In this document: positions 36,601 to 45,706 of the stretch, piece by piece
Layout of the letters: each line of letters begins with the position of its first letter
Position numbering within the stretch: the stretch's first letter is position 1
NCBI GenBank assembly: GCA_002633005.1
Contig: NMRA01000649.1
Location: 43,608 to 107,607 of the forward strand
Origin: Phoronis australis
Taxonomy: Eukaryota; Animalia; Phoronida
DNA length: 64,000 nt
Reading direction: 5' to 3'
The notes under the pieces: generated by a model
The model's input: the letters and a program-made list of their open reading frames with translations, nothing else
The model's database searches: none
Told to the model about the DNA's origin: nothing
Program-made: the position numbers and the translations under genes

Positions 36601-39600
36601 CTTATGCACCAGTTGGTAAAAATGACCAACTTCAAAGTAACTTAAAAATAAGAATGAAGTTTAGCACAGAAAAATTAAATAATATAACCATATGAAACAA
36701 GAAAGGTTACACTAGCTTACTTCACTATTCAATTTTGATGCCATGTTGCAAAATCAAAACAAAGCAATCGACGCCCACCACTCTGTGAAACGGATGTTCC
36801 AACGCAACAGTCACATTACCTAAGCAGCGCACAGCACAGCCTTATGAAAAAATTAATTCAGGGAAGCTGCCAACCCTGCAAAAATTTTCCGCTCAACATT
36901 TATGTCTTTCACAAACATTTACGAATTTTAAGAAAATCAAGAATTTTTCCAACCATCCTGAGCATTTCCAAATACCTTTTCTTCTTCTTCTTTTCGTTTC
37001 TGTTCCTCTTTTTCTAACCTTTCAGCTTCTTTCTTCTGTTTTTCTTCCAGTTTTTGTCTGCAACACATGTAAAAATATTAGAATGCACTCTTAAATACAG
37101 CAAGTCTCCACTTATTAAGGAATCACCTTATTTTGCACCCCAAAAATTATTTGGAAAAATAAAATTTTGTCCCTCACTTATTTCGCATGAGGCTACTTAG
37201 TGGGAGGTTATTGCCTCATGAAATTCACACAAACATTCACATATTTTGATTGTCCACTGCACAATTGCTAAATCTCCCAGACATAAAGGCATTATTTAGT
37301 GAAAACGCTTCTTCACTGCGTAAAACTGCACCTGTGTTTTGAAGTGGACAGTTTGTCCTCACAATCGGTGATCTGTCACTCACCAAAATAGTGTGTCCCA
37401 CTTGTTGACAGGAAAGTTTTTCTGAAAATACCCTCAGGGCAAATGCCTACTTCCTATACGGAAGGTCGTGGGTTCAAGTCCAAATGGGGCACACTGCTAG
37501 ACCATTGAATCAGGTCTCTAGCTCCTCAGCTTTGTTTTTTATATATAAATAAAGCTTAAAATGGTTCCAGGTATTCAGTGTAGTGGGTCCACATGAATGG
37601 CCTGCGCATGTCTGGTATAACGTGTACCAGACCACCTGTAATTGTTTTTGAAGGATCTCAACAAAAAACATCAAACCTTACCTTTTGTGAGAATGTCCTT
37701 GTAATTTCTATTAGAGGACAAGTTTCAATCTCCATATATTTTGGTGCTGCCAAGCACATAGATTTTGGCCCAGAAAATCCCATTCGTCCACTATACATCC
37801 GAAGCTTGTTTTCAGAAAACTACACACAAATCCTTTGAAGGAGTTAAAACAGCAACGAACCAGCATACATAATTATATATTCATGTAAACCTGCAATTGT
37901 TTGGTTTAGACAACTTACCACTATAGAAATGCTCTCAAACTTGTTCCCGACTCAGGAGAAACCATGCATGAGCTTGCAAAGAACTGACAGTTCATTATTC
38001 CTTGAGACCATGCATGGCGAATAAAATGACACGATGCGACATGACAACTAGTAGACCCAGATCACAACTTTTGAAATCCTGAAAACACTTCTAACTTGAC
38101 ACTGAGAGCAATTTCATAATGGCAAGTGGTCTAAATCACAAGTTGTTTTTTGGAATAAAACATGGGTTTAGTGTGACTTCGATAGGGTAAAACGGGGCTT
38201 AGTACCCCTTAAAACCCAACCCCAACATCCACTCACTGTTGAATGGCCTCCCTTTTCTTGCGTTCCTCTTCCTTCACTCTCATCTTCTCTTGTTTCTCCT
38301 GCTCTAATTTTTGTTGTTTTTCCTGGCGTTCTCGCTCCTTCGCAGCTTTCGCCTCTTCACGTTCCTTCTCTTTTCGCTCCTACAAAACGAACTCGTCGTC
38401 AAATACGGTCACCAGTAGCAAGTACAAGTAAGATCACACAATTTTGACAACAGCTTGACATGCACTCAAAAATCTGCAGAAACTGCAATTGGATCTGATT
38501 GTGGAACAAAGACAAGATCCAAACGCTGTTCCGCTGCATGGGGTTACTCATAAAGCTAAGTGCAAACTAGGAGTTATGAGCTCAGCCTGATGCCTCTAGT
38601 GAAGGTTAACTGAGCACATAGCTCAGGACAAGACGTGAACAACTGAATGAACTAATGTCTGATTCATTCAATTGCTTTCATATTTTCATGTCTTGACATG
38701 AGATTACAGGATTATTGTTGCCTGGGACAGACTAATCACAAGAATGCAACATTCTAATGACGTAACTTGTGGTTAGGTAGGCAATGACCATCGCCTCTGT
38801 TGGCCCGAAGCAGAGGCGATGTAGAGGCTATAGGCGCTCTGTACGCCGGAAGCTTTTCGGCGAATTATGCCTCGCACCGACTAAACCATCAAAGTCACGT
38901 TGTTACAAATACCTTTTGCGCATAGAGGAACACCTTAGGAGGTTGTCGATGTGTTTAATTCCTTCCAACTCGAACAAATACTCCCGTTATGAAACTTTTT
39001 CTTCGAGCAGTCCCTATTTCAGTTCCCAAAATCGTGAACTCANATTTTGACAACAGCTTGACATGCACTCAAAAATCTGCAGAAACTGCAATTGGATCTG
39101 ATTGTGGAACAAAGACAAGATCCAAACGCTGTTCCGCTGCATGGGGTTACTCATAAAGCTAAGTGCAAACTAGGAGTTATGAGCTCAGCCTGATGCCTCT
39201 AGTGAAGGTTAACTGAGCACATAGCTCAGGACAAGACGTGAACAACTGAATGAACTAATGTCTGATTCATTCAATTGCTTTCATATTTTCATGTCATGAG
39301 ATTACAGGATTATTGTTGCCTGGGACAGACTAATCACAAGAATGCAACATTCTAATGACGTAACTTGTGGTTAGGCTCCGTTTGCCTGAGGTGATCGTAT
39401 GCGATTGGCGACAATATTATAATTTTCCACGTTAATGTTGCGTAAATATCTAAAACAACAGACCACATATCTAATCTGCCAATCATAAAAACTCCACATA
39501 TGAACAAACATATAGATCAATTACGAATAAAGACTCCAACGTTACGTTTTATTCAAATTTTGCCAAAGTTTCAATCCTGACAGACGTGCTTGCTCAGTGT

Positions 39601-42600
39601 TCTTAGTGTTTTGACTCATCACTGCGTCGAGTTTGAATTTTGTCGTGAGGAGTTTGGCTTACTTGCGTAGAGTTTGAGAACCTATGCAGTGAGTTAGTGA
39701 ATCATTGTGTAATCAGTCATTTCTTAAGCAAATTGGGAAGATCAGGATTTTTGGCACCAGCTCAATACATTTATTCCAAGACTTAACACACAAACTCCCC
39801 AAAGTATGGACATCAATTTACGAACACGTACAAGATAAAATTCTAGCTTTGTTGAGAACCAAGACTGGTTACATGCACAACTATCACATCCAACATGGAT
39901 GTTTTGACCGTGTCGCTACCTTTTCTGCCTGTTTGGCTTTCTCTTTCTCTAGTTTCTCAGCCTCTTTCTGAGCCAACTTTTCAGCCTTCAGTCGCTCCTT
40001 CTCTTCCCTTTTCTTCTCCCGTTCAGCATCCAGAGCGACCTTTTTGGCAGAAGTGCACGTTTTCTGAGGCAGACGAAACACAGGTTCTAAGACAGTGAGT
40101 TTTTAAGGCACGCGTGAAGTATACCAACTTTTAGGAAGACTTGAAGATTGTGAATGAAGACAGAAACATAGAAACATAATGGTGTTTCTACCACTATTAA
40201 ACGAAATCACCTTCAGGCACAGAGTCAACACAAACATAGAAACGTGTCAACTTCATTTTCAGGTCAGTATGTGCATGCAACTTACCCATGTTGCGTTCCA
40301 CAAACCAAGTTTCTTGCGAGAAAAGAACTCTTTAAGTAATATCGCCACAATCCAAGGACATGATCACACTTGCTTTTCTCGCGAGCGTCTAATGAATGCA
40401 GCCCTCGACAGTATGAAAACTAGGTCGTTTGTTGCGACTTAGCTAAAACCACAACTCGCAATTCCAAAATCAAGCTCACACACACACCCACGATCACTAA
40501 ACCTTGACAAAAAAAAGTTAACGCTGTCCAAGTGATTTTTCATGTCGCAGCCATATTTTCCATTTCCGACTAATTAAACAAAATGCTGCTGGGGTATTTT
40601 TGGGCGATGCGACGCAGCTCTCAGAACCAAGTTGCACACACAACTAACATGTGTTGATCAAAATCTCACCTCATTGGTGTCATTTGAGACAAGATCAATC
40701 TCAAGTTTACTGAGGCACATAAAAAGCTAGGGGTTCTCTGACCAACCTACAATGGACACCACACAAAATTGAATGCACAATTTCATTGCAGAAGGTGCAA
40801 TTGTGGTATCCAAGTAGTACATTGGGAGGTCCAACATAAAAAACAGGAGGTGGCGTCATGGAATGGTGGAGTAAGATTAATCATAACTTTCCATAATTCA
40901 CATCAAATACCTGACTTGCAGGTGTCTTTTAAATCCCTTGTCACAGAGAATGGATTCATGTTTAATGACAAGCCAAAATTTGTCACACCTCAAAATTTTC
41001 AAACTGTCACAGATCAAGTCTCAATTGTCACAGCTTTTTGCATGTGTACGTAATATTAACTTTGCTTTGGTCACACATGCGACGCCAAATATTTGTCAGT
41101 GATAAAGAATTTCATAATTTTACAAATTGTGAAAAAAGGAACCACTACTGTATGCAGCATAAAATAATTTTAAAGCCAACAAAACACTAACAGCCTCCTT
41201 GGCTGTCGATATTTCCGATATTTTGTGACAGTATTCTCCAAATGTCAAGTTTTGTCACATCTCACTATGTCACAGGGAATCCATTCTCCGCAGTCATAAA
41301 TAAGCTGCAAGTTACCTTAGGTTTCTCAGATTTAGGTGATGACCCTTCAGGTGAAGAGATACTTCCCAAACTAGTTTTGGATGGAGTTGACACCTCTTTT
41401 AGTTCAAAGACCTCCTGGATATCTTGACCTTTGTCCGACACTAGCCCTTCACAGCTGATCACGAGAGGACACTCAGTCTCGGTACTGACGGAGGTGTTGG
41501 CCTCGTCACCACACTCCTCCCCTTCTTTCATCTCTTCGTCCGAATCAGCATCTGCATTCTGCTCCACGACGAACAGTTTCACGTCGTCCGTAGTTGACGA
41601 TATCGACTTCTCAATCACAGAGACGGGCTGTACAAAGCTATCAATGAGGCCAATTTTGGGTTTGACAGATTTGGCCTCCAGCTTGTGAGCCACATTCTCA
41701 GTTTCGGAACTAGAACTCACTTCGTTATCTTCGATCACAATGACACCTGTTGTTGGCAGCTTCAGTTTGTTCGTAGCATCATCAACTGCACGTGCTTGTT
41801 TGGATAACTTATTCACTACTGCATCATCGGACAACTTTCTCTTCTTTGAAACAACTTTCTCGGGTACAGCGGGGGACTGGATTTTGGCAAACGGCAAACG
41901 TGCTGGAATGGAAGCAACAACTGTTACAACGGAATAATTTTGGCACATTTGAGTAAAAAATTGATGTCTCTCGCAATTAAAATTATCACAAGAGTGAAAA
42001 TTGAGCCCAAAAGGTGGTCTCAGACAACAACAATTGAGCATAACAGTTAAAAGTGAGCAGAATCGGATCCATTTTTCCTTTCGCCAATCTCATATACTTG
42101 AAGTTTACGATAAGCCTGCATTTCGACCCGAGTAAAGAACAAGTTGAGCGCATTTTTACAACAGTATGAGATGTAAATCAAAAGTGAGGTCTTTCTGGCA
42201 GAATGACGTTGCATAGCAGTTCAACATAAGTCGTTACCTTGCTTCAAAACTTTCACAGGGGGGCTCACAACTTTCTCTGCAAAAAAGAAAACAATACGGT
42301 GTAGAATTGCTCAACTGCAATCGTCTCATTTTTTAAACAAATGTCATGAATTCACAATGAAGCTTTAGCTAAAAAATACAAAGTTCCTGATGTCAGTCGT
42401 CAACAAACTTCATATATCAGCAAAGTGAATATTGAAACCTAATCAGAACTCTAATCACGGAAGCTCACAGGAAGATCGCAATGAAACTTTGCATTGCTCT
42501 AGATCTTAGCCTCATGGTAGATTTGCTTAGTTTTCCATACAAAACTGACACTCGGTTATTTTTGTGCATCTTCAAAAATCTCAGAAGTCCATTTCTCCCA

Positions 42601-45173
42601 CCACCTTGACAAGGAAGTTGATTACAAATATCGCATCCAGTCTGAGTAGGCACTGGTACATACAACATGGTTTCTTTGAAAGCGGAACTCGCTCTAATAT
42701 GCTTCTAAACTTGGTGTTTTCTCAGAACAGATTTTTGTGTTGTTGTGCAGTTCTGCGTGCTGTTCGTAACGTTGCGTTGCAACCGATTATCACCCAAGGC
42801 TAAAGTCGTCGTTGTAATTGTTTAACTTTGACAGTGTCCGCATTAAAAAAATTAAGTGTTGCTACTCTAGCATTGTCAGCTCTAAGTCTACTCACTCTCA
42901 AATCAGAACCTGTCATTGTCTTTCTCCATAACTGTCACTACTACATGCATCTGTTTTGACCTTCGACCTCAACAAAGCATTAAGCATACATCAGTATTAT
43001 CTTAGTCTCATCTCCTAATGCCATTGTAGGATATAAATCGGTAAATAAAACAACAAGAATGGATCAACTGAAATTTGAAATTTTCGGATGTTGACAAAGG
43101 AAGTTATTACATCCGAAAATTTCAAATTTCTGTTGATCCATTCTTGTTGTTTTATTTACCTATTTATATTCTACATTTCGTGAAACAATAGTATCCTTGG
43201 GAGGATCTGGATCGCCTTACTTAGTTTCAGATTTATTTTCTACGCTAATGCCATTGGGGATTGGTATTCATTTGCAGTGGGTTCCTTTAGCATAACCGCA
43301 CCACCTATTGTGGCTACTCACACAGACACCGGCTAGTTGTATTAAATACAATATGCAGTGTTCTCCACGACCTGTTTTAACTCAACGCTGTAACAAGTTT
43401 GGATTTTGCCGCCTCGAGTTTGGAAAATGCGCGTTGAGTTTGAAAAGTGCTGCGTCAGGTTTGAACTTTTGGCCTGGCTTGGCATTTCAGCCCTTGACAC
43501 TAAAGCAGGTCCTGATAAACCAACATCAAGCCCATTACAGAATGATAGAGGCAGTCAACACTATATGTATAAGTTCGTATGACACTATAAGAGTTTAAAT
43601 TATCATTAACAAAATCTGCAAAAATCTTTTATTAACAAAAATTTCATGGAGTCATCTAGCTTCCTTAATCAAATGTCTAATTTACTTTATCATTCTAACT
43701 TTAAAATTTTGCAAGTCAATCTGTAAAGAAACAATTTAATTGGCTTAATAAAGACAATTTTGATTTTGACTGACATCTAGTGGCAAGTTAGAACTTTCAT
43801 GAGCTTATTCAACTTGACAACAGGTGTCACTAAAAACTAGGTCACATCAGAACTCATGTTAGTAGTACTTAATATGTCTAATTGATATTAAAATTGGCAT
43901 TGATATTATTAAAAGAACTTTTGATCTTTTGTTTGATGCTCTGGGTCTGTCAAATGCTTTGGAGGAATTATGAGATATATTGGTAGGAAAGCCAAACTTT
44001 GAAGTGTCTAAAAAGTAGGTCACACCAGTGCAGTGTGCAGTTTTAAACCATATATAAATACCTCCAGCACACCCATGGTTATGATTAGAAATGACACAAT
44101 GTCGACAACTGCTACTAAATATTGGCGACGAGTTTGGAATTTACAATGTGGAGAACACTGACATGTATTAAATACAATACAGGGTTCACATCTTGTTTAA
44201 GCGACCTGTTAAAAATTCCTGGTAACGTCACATCCAAGCACGCACTCAAGTACTGCAGGAAGTAAACAGACGGAAGTCGAAATCATTCGGCAAAAATGAG
44301 AAGGGCCCAGATTTTATTCTCCACATCAAGGCTGTAACACTGGTAAAGGCATGACTGAGAAGTGCGAATTTTCCCTGATAAAAAAAACTTTGCGACCCCA
44401 GCTTAAGGGAATGTTGTAATATGAGATTTTTGGGCCTAGTGAAAGGGATTATCTATGAATTTTAAATATTTTTCAGCAGAGAATTGGGCTCCAAACTCGA
44501 GGCATCAAAGGACCTGTTGGGAACTGGTTGTAACTGGCTAAGGTGTCAGTCAAAACTCCCTGATTTTGCATTGTAATTCCATCATATTCCCCATCTGTGC
44601 GCATAGATGGACACCTTAGGAGGCCATCGATTCCTTCCAAATACTCCCGTTAATGGTGATTATCAAAAGTTTTTCTTTGAGCAGTTCGCCGTTCAGTTCT
44701 CAAAATCGGTAACTGGCCATTTTTACATTGCAAATGCCACGAGATATGACGTCATACCACCTGTCGCGCAGTGCTAAAAATGGTGAGTTTCCAATTTTGG
44801 GAATTGAACGAGGGACTGCTCAAACAAAAAGTTTGATAACGGGAGTATTTCTTTGTTTGAGTTGGAAGGAATTAAATTCATAGACGGCCTCTTAAGCCAA
44901 GGTGCCCTTGAACTATGCGCAAAAGGTACCGTCGGAAGTCCTAAAGTCATGAGTGCCCTTAAGTCGTGAACGATCTTATTTCTGCTTCTGAGCAGTGGTC
45001 ACTATCTAAAACAACAATACTGAACAATACTAGACACACAGGAAATTACTGTATAGGCCTACGGCTACACAGTCTCACAGAACTTCAGAAGTGAGAAGAA
45101 ACGCTATTATACACGATCTCAACACAATCTCACCCTTCAAGCCATCATCTTTCCGAACGATTATGTTCTCCAT
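26768..45173 (-). CDS. CHAF1A: Chromatin assembly factor 1 subunit A (CAF-1 p150), 14-exon model, about 947 aa
   Basis: Exons 45173-45134, 42276-42238, 41902-41316, 40063-39920, 38379-38237, 37057-36976, 36267-36070, 34518-34442, 34011-33834, 32998-32921, 32299-32189, 31062-30895, 30030-29907 and 27642-26768 total 2844 nt, all GT-AG and phase-consistent. Motifs include PIP1 QARLPF, the KER helix, RPAYYGTW, DYDVESDEEWEEEEPGESLS, DGFFVPHGYLSDDE and the C-terminal winged helix. Confidence 0.94.
27787..28116. mobile_element. Kolobok-like TTAA MITE; inverted second copy at 23888-24188
   Basis: TTAA|AACGATACCAAAAC...GGTTTAGTATCCTT|TTAA; the interior is reverse-complementary to 23888-24188. Confidence 0.65.
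29907..30030 (-). CDS. CHAF1A: CHAF1A exon 13
   Basis: cccccag|GTG GCG TTC...GAG GAA G|gtaggt; 124 nt. Confidence 0.87.
30467..30839. mobile_element. hAT-like MITE, CAGGGCTTGGAAT TIR, 6-bp TSD TTAATT
   Basis: Perfect 13-bp TIR, TTAATT on both flanks and repeated CGCGGAAA motifs; an internal-deletion relative of 33280-33767. Confidence 0.88.
30895..31062 (-). CDS. CHAF1A: CHAF1A exon 12
   Basis: aatttcag|CTG AGC CAT...TAT AAG|gtatgg; encodes KARQIAKAHDWE...AVIGCLW. Confidence 0.9.
31505..31720. repeat. 39-bp minisatellite, about 5.5 copies
   Basis: Unit of about CTTACCAGTCACAAGACATTCAGTATCCTATCACCAGTA starting at 31505, 31544, 31583, 31622, 31661 and 31700. Confidence 0.95.
32189..32299 (-). 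CDS. CHAF1A: CHAF1A exon 11 (ED acidic domain)
   Basis: gttatag|GGC GAG GAC...GAG GAG|gtaggt; encodes DDDGFFVPHGYLSDDE. Confidence 0.94.
32921..32998 (-). CDS. CHAF1A: CHAF1A exon 10 (ED acidic domain)
   Basis: ttgcatag|GAC TTG TTG GAC TAT...TCC GAG|gtgagt; encodes DLLDYDVESDEEWEEEEPGESLSNSE. Confidence 0.94.
33051..33080. repeat. (CA)n microsatellite
   Basis: CA run with one interruption. Confidence 0.95.
33280..33767. mobile_element. hAT-like MITE, CAGGGCTTGGAAT TIR
   Basis: Highly similar to 30467-30839 with about 115 bp extra; flanks TAGTAA/TAGAAA. Confidence 0.88.
33834..34011 (-). CDS. CHAF1A: CHAF1A exon 9
   Basis: cccctaaag|T GAA...GAC GAG|gtaagt; encodes MKVKFLQF...RPAYYGTWRKTSRKISPRNP. 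Confidence 0.92.
34442..34518 (-). CDS. CHAF1A: CHAF1A exon 8
   Basis: tttttcag|AAT GCA TCA ACG CTA TAC TTG GAT GAA CTG...AC|gtaagt; phases fit both neighbours. Confidence 0.85.
36070..36267 (-). CDS. CHAF1A: CHAF1A exon 7 (PIP2 region)
   Basis: tttacag|GAA AGA...GAG CAG|gtaata; encodes QKNALLKFFTK and GPFMAFEVKKDMVLAP. Confidence 0.9.
36976..37057 (-). CDS. CHAF1A: CHAF1A exon 6 (KER helix)
   Basis: gttgcag|A CAA AAA CTG GAA...GAA AAG|gtattt; 82 nt. Confidence 0.88.
38237..38379 (-). CDS. CHAF1A: CHAF1A exon 5 (KER helix)
   Basis: ttttgtag|GAG CGA AAA GAG...CAA CA|gtgagt; 143 nt. Confidence 0.9.
38441..39375. repeat. Near-identical direct duplication of about 335 bp (38441-38777 and 39044-39375) across a single-N join
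   Basis: The copies differ by a 5-bp indel (TTGAC); the second copy starts immediately after the N at 39043. Confidence 0.9.
38912..39042. mobile_element. Left arm of CCTTTTGCGCATAG-family MITE, truncated at N
   Basis: TA|CCTTTTGCGCATAGAGGAACACCTTAGGAGG... runs into the N at 39043. Confidence 0.7.
39920..40063 (-). CDS. CHAF1A: CHAF1A exon 4 (KER helix)
   Basis: gcctcag|AAA ACG...GAA AAG|gtagcg; K/E/R-rich; 144 nt. Confidence 0.88.
40944..41290. mobile_element. MITE with TGTGACA subterminal repeats, copy 2
   Basis: TIR CAGAGAATGGATTC...GAATCCATTCTCCG; many TGTCACA motifs; ends 25 bp from the CHAF1A exon 3 donor. Confidence 0.7.
41316..41902 (-). CDS. CHAF1A: CHAF1A exon 3
   Basis: cattccag|CA CGT TTG CCG TTT...CCT AAG|gtaac; inside ORF 41265..42041; contains an NLS-like KKRK and a SIM-like VIVIED. 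Confidence 0.9.
42238..42276 (-). CDS. CHAF1A: CHAF1A exon 2 (39 nt)
   Basis: ttttttgcag|AG AAA GTT...AAG CAA G|gtaac; KVVSPPVKVLKQ joins ARLPF to complete PIP1. Confidence 0.85.
43025..43244. mobile_element. Foldback-type non-autonomous element with 10-bp TSD (Mutator-like)
   Basis: CTAATGCCAT at 43015-43024 and 43245-43254; termini TGTAGGATATAAATC and GATTTATTTTCTACG; internal hairpin 43025-43175 with 67-bp arms. Confidence 0.8.
44597..44926. mobile_element. TA-flanked palindromic MITE (CCTTTTGCGCATAG family), long copy
   Basis: Long imperfect inverted arms (AATACTCCCGTTA/TAACGGGAGTATT; TTTGAGCAGT/ACTGCTCAAA); ends ATGCGCAAAAGG|TA. Confidence 0.75.
45134..45173 (-). CDS. CHAF1A: CHAF1A coding exon 1
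   Basis: ATG GAG AAC...TTG AAG G|gtgaga (MENIIVRKDDGLK). Phase 1 fits exon 2, and it lies just downstream of E2F- and CCAAT-like motifs. Confidence 0.75.
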
Positions 45174-45661
45174 TTCAGAGTCCCTTCGTTTGACTTTAGA
45201 GGAAATATGTTAAGATATTTGTCTTTGAATAAAAACGGCAAAAGAACTGAGAAAGAAAACAGAGGTCCCCCAATCTCTAAAATCCCGCCAACACACGATA
45301 ATAGAAAATCGGAGAAGCGTGATTGGATACAAAGTTCGCCCACTTATGGTTTTAAAGAATACAATAATTCCTGAATTAATCTTTTAAAAGCAAATTTTAA
45401 GCCATAAAATTATTTTTCAATGCTTAAGGTTTATAAAAATTGTGAAATTTTTATTTTTTTGAGTTTCATCCAGAATAAAAATTTTAATTTGAACTTTAAC
45501 CTAGATCATGTACTGACCAATCAGAAAATAAGAATGATACAACTGCTGACGTGACAGTTGTAACATCCTGCTGTGTCATAAAAGTTCGTCACTTCGATTT
45601 CGCAAGGATAGAGGACAAGTAATATCTTGTACATGAACGAACGCTGCCTTAACCCAACAAA
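45174..45661. promoter_or_regulatory. Putative bidirectional promoter shared by CHAF1A and endophilin-A
   Basis: 488 bp between divergent ATGs. It has an E2F-like TTGGCGGGA on - (45283-45291), CCAAT boxes (45270, ATTGG 45322, 45517), a CRE-like TGACGTGA (45547) and an AT-rich core. Transcription start sites are not observable. Confidence 0.6.
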
Positions 45662-45706
45662 ATGTCTTTTGCGGGATTTAAAAAACAAATCAATAAGGCA
45701 AATCAG
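45662..45706 (+). CDS. SH3GL: Endophilin-A exon 1 (H0 amphipathic helix)
   Basis: aaaATG TCT TTT GCG GGA...AAT CAG|gtatgt; 45 nt. Confidence 0.92.

Noticed and set aside
37438-37500. tRNA gene (B-box-like GGTTCAAGTCC)
   Set aside because: No A-box, cloverleaf or acceptor stem can be built; at most a decayed tRNA-derived SINE head.
42896-42950. Alternative or poison CHAF1A exon with a GTGAGT donor
   Set aside because: It has an in-frame TGA in the phase needed to join exon 2 and a poor polypyrimidine tract; 45134-45173 fits better.
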